This document shows positions 63,646 to 64,000 of a stretch of 64,000 bases of DNA, piece after piece. This DNA comes from Camelus ferus (lineage: Eukaryota): assembly GCF_009834535.1 (NCBI RefSeq), contig NC_045696.1, positions 38,814,001 through 38,878,000 of the forward strand, written 5' to 3'. The notes beneath the pieces are model-generated. The model saw only the letters and a list, made by a program, of their open reading frames with translations, searched no databases and was not told the origin of the DNA. Numbering within the stretch: position 1 is the first letter of the stretch; each line of letters begins with the position of its first letter. The position numbers and the translations under genes were made by a program.

Positions 63646-64000
63646 TCATTTCCTTCAATCTCACAAAATGTTCGGTCCTGCACATTATAATCCAAACAGA
63701 AACAATGGATTTTCAGAAATACAATTCTGAAAAGATGTGGGTTTTCAGAGGCAGTAGTCCATCTACCATGATGGTAGACCAGGGCAGGCCAGCAGGGAGA
63801 AGAATGGAAATGACATTCAGAAGGAAAAGAATGTTAGGAAAACTCACACAGGCCACATCACAGGCCAAAGGCCAGGAGGCAGGTGGGTCATGTCAGAGGG
63901 TAAAGAGAAAGGTTTTCCTGGTGGTGGGCAGAGCACCTGGCAGCAGGTAATGAATCGCAGTCCAGGAAGGCAAGCAAACTGTGCTAGACATGGTTTATGG

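Overview
Mammalian, most likely camelid, genomic DNA; the species call rests on a Vic-1-like tRNA-derived SINE and camelid-type L1 3' ends. The window is almost entirely intron of EPHA6 (+ strand). One canonical 210-nt kinase-domain exon lies at 6235-6444, and I could not find the next exon (GGKIP...) in the remaining 57 kb. The intron carries the usual eutherian repeat strata (L2, MIR, L1M, MaLR/ERV LTRs, hAT and Tigger elements) plus one young, full-length ~7.1 kb L1 on the - strand (52323-59406). I see no prokaryote-type system. The most interesting signals centre on the L1: it shares its target site with an older SINE, carries a 22-nt 3' transduction tag, has an open 71-codon N-terminal extension of ORF2, and has an ORF0-like antisense ORF with two phase-0 splice donors facing the downstream EPHA6 exons. 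Separately, 9838-10033 appears to be a decayed orthologue of an alternative exon of human short EPHA6 isoforms. Repeat subfamily names and human comparisons are from memory and need database confirmation; boundaries of old repeats are approximate.
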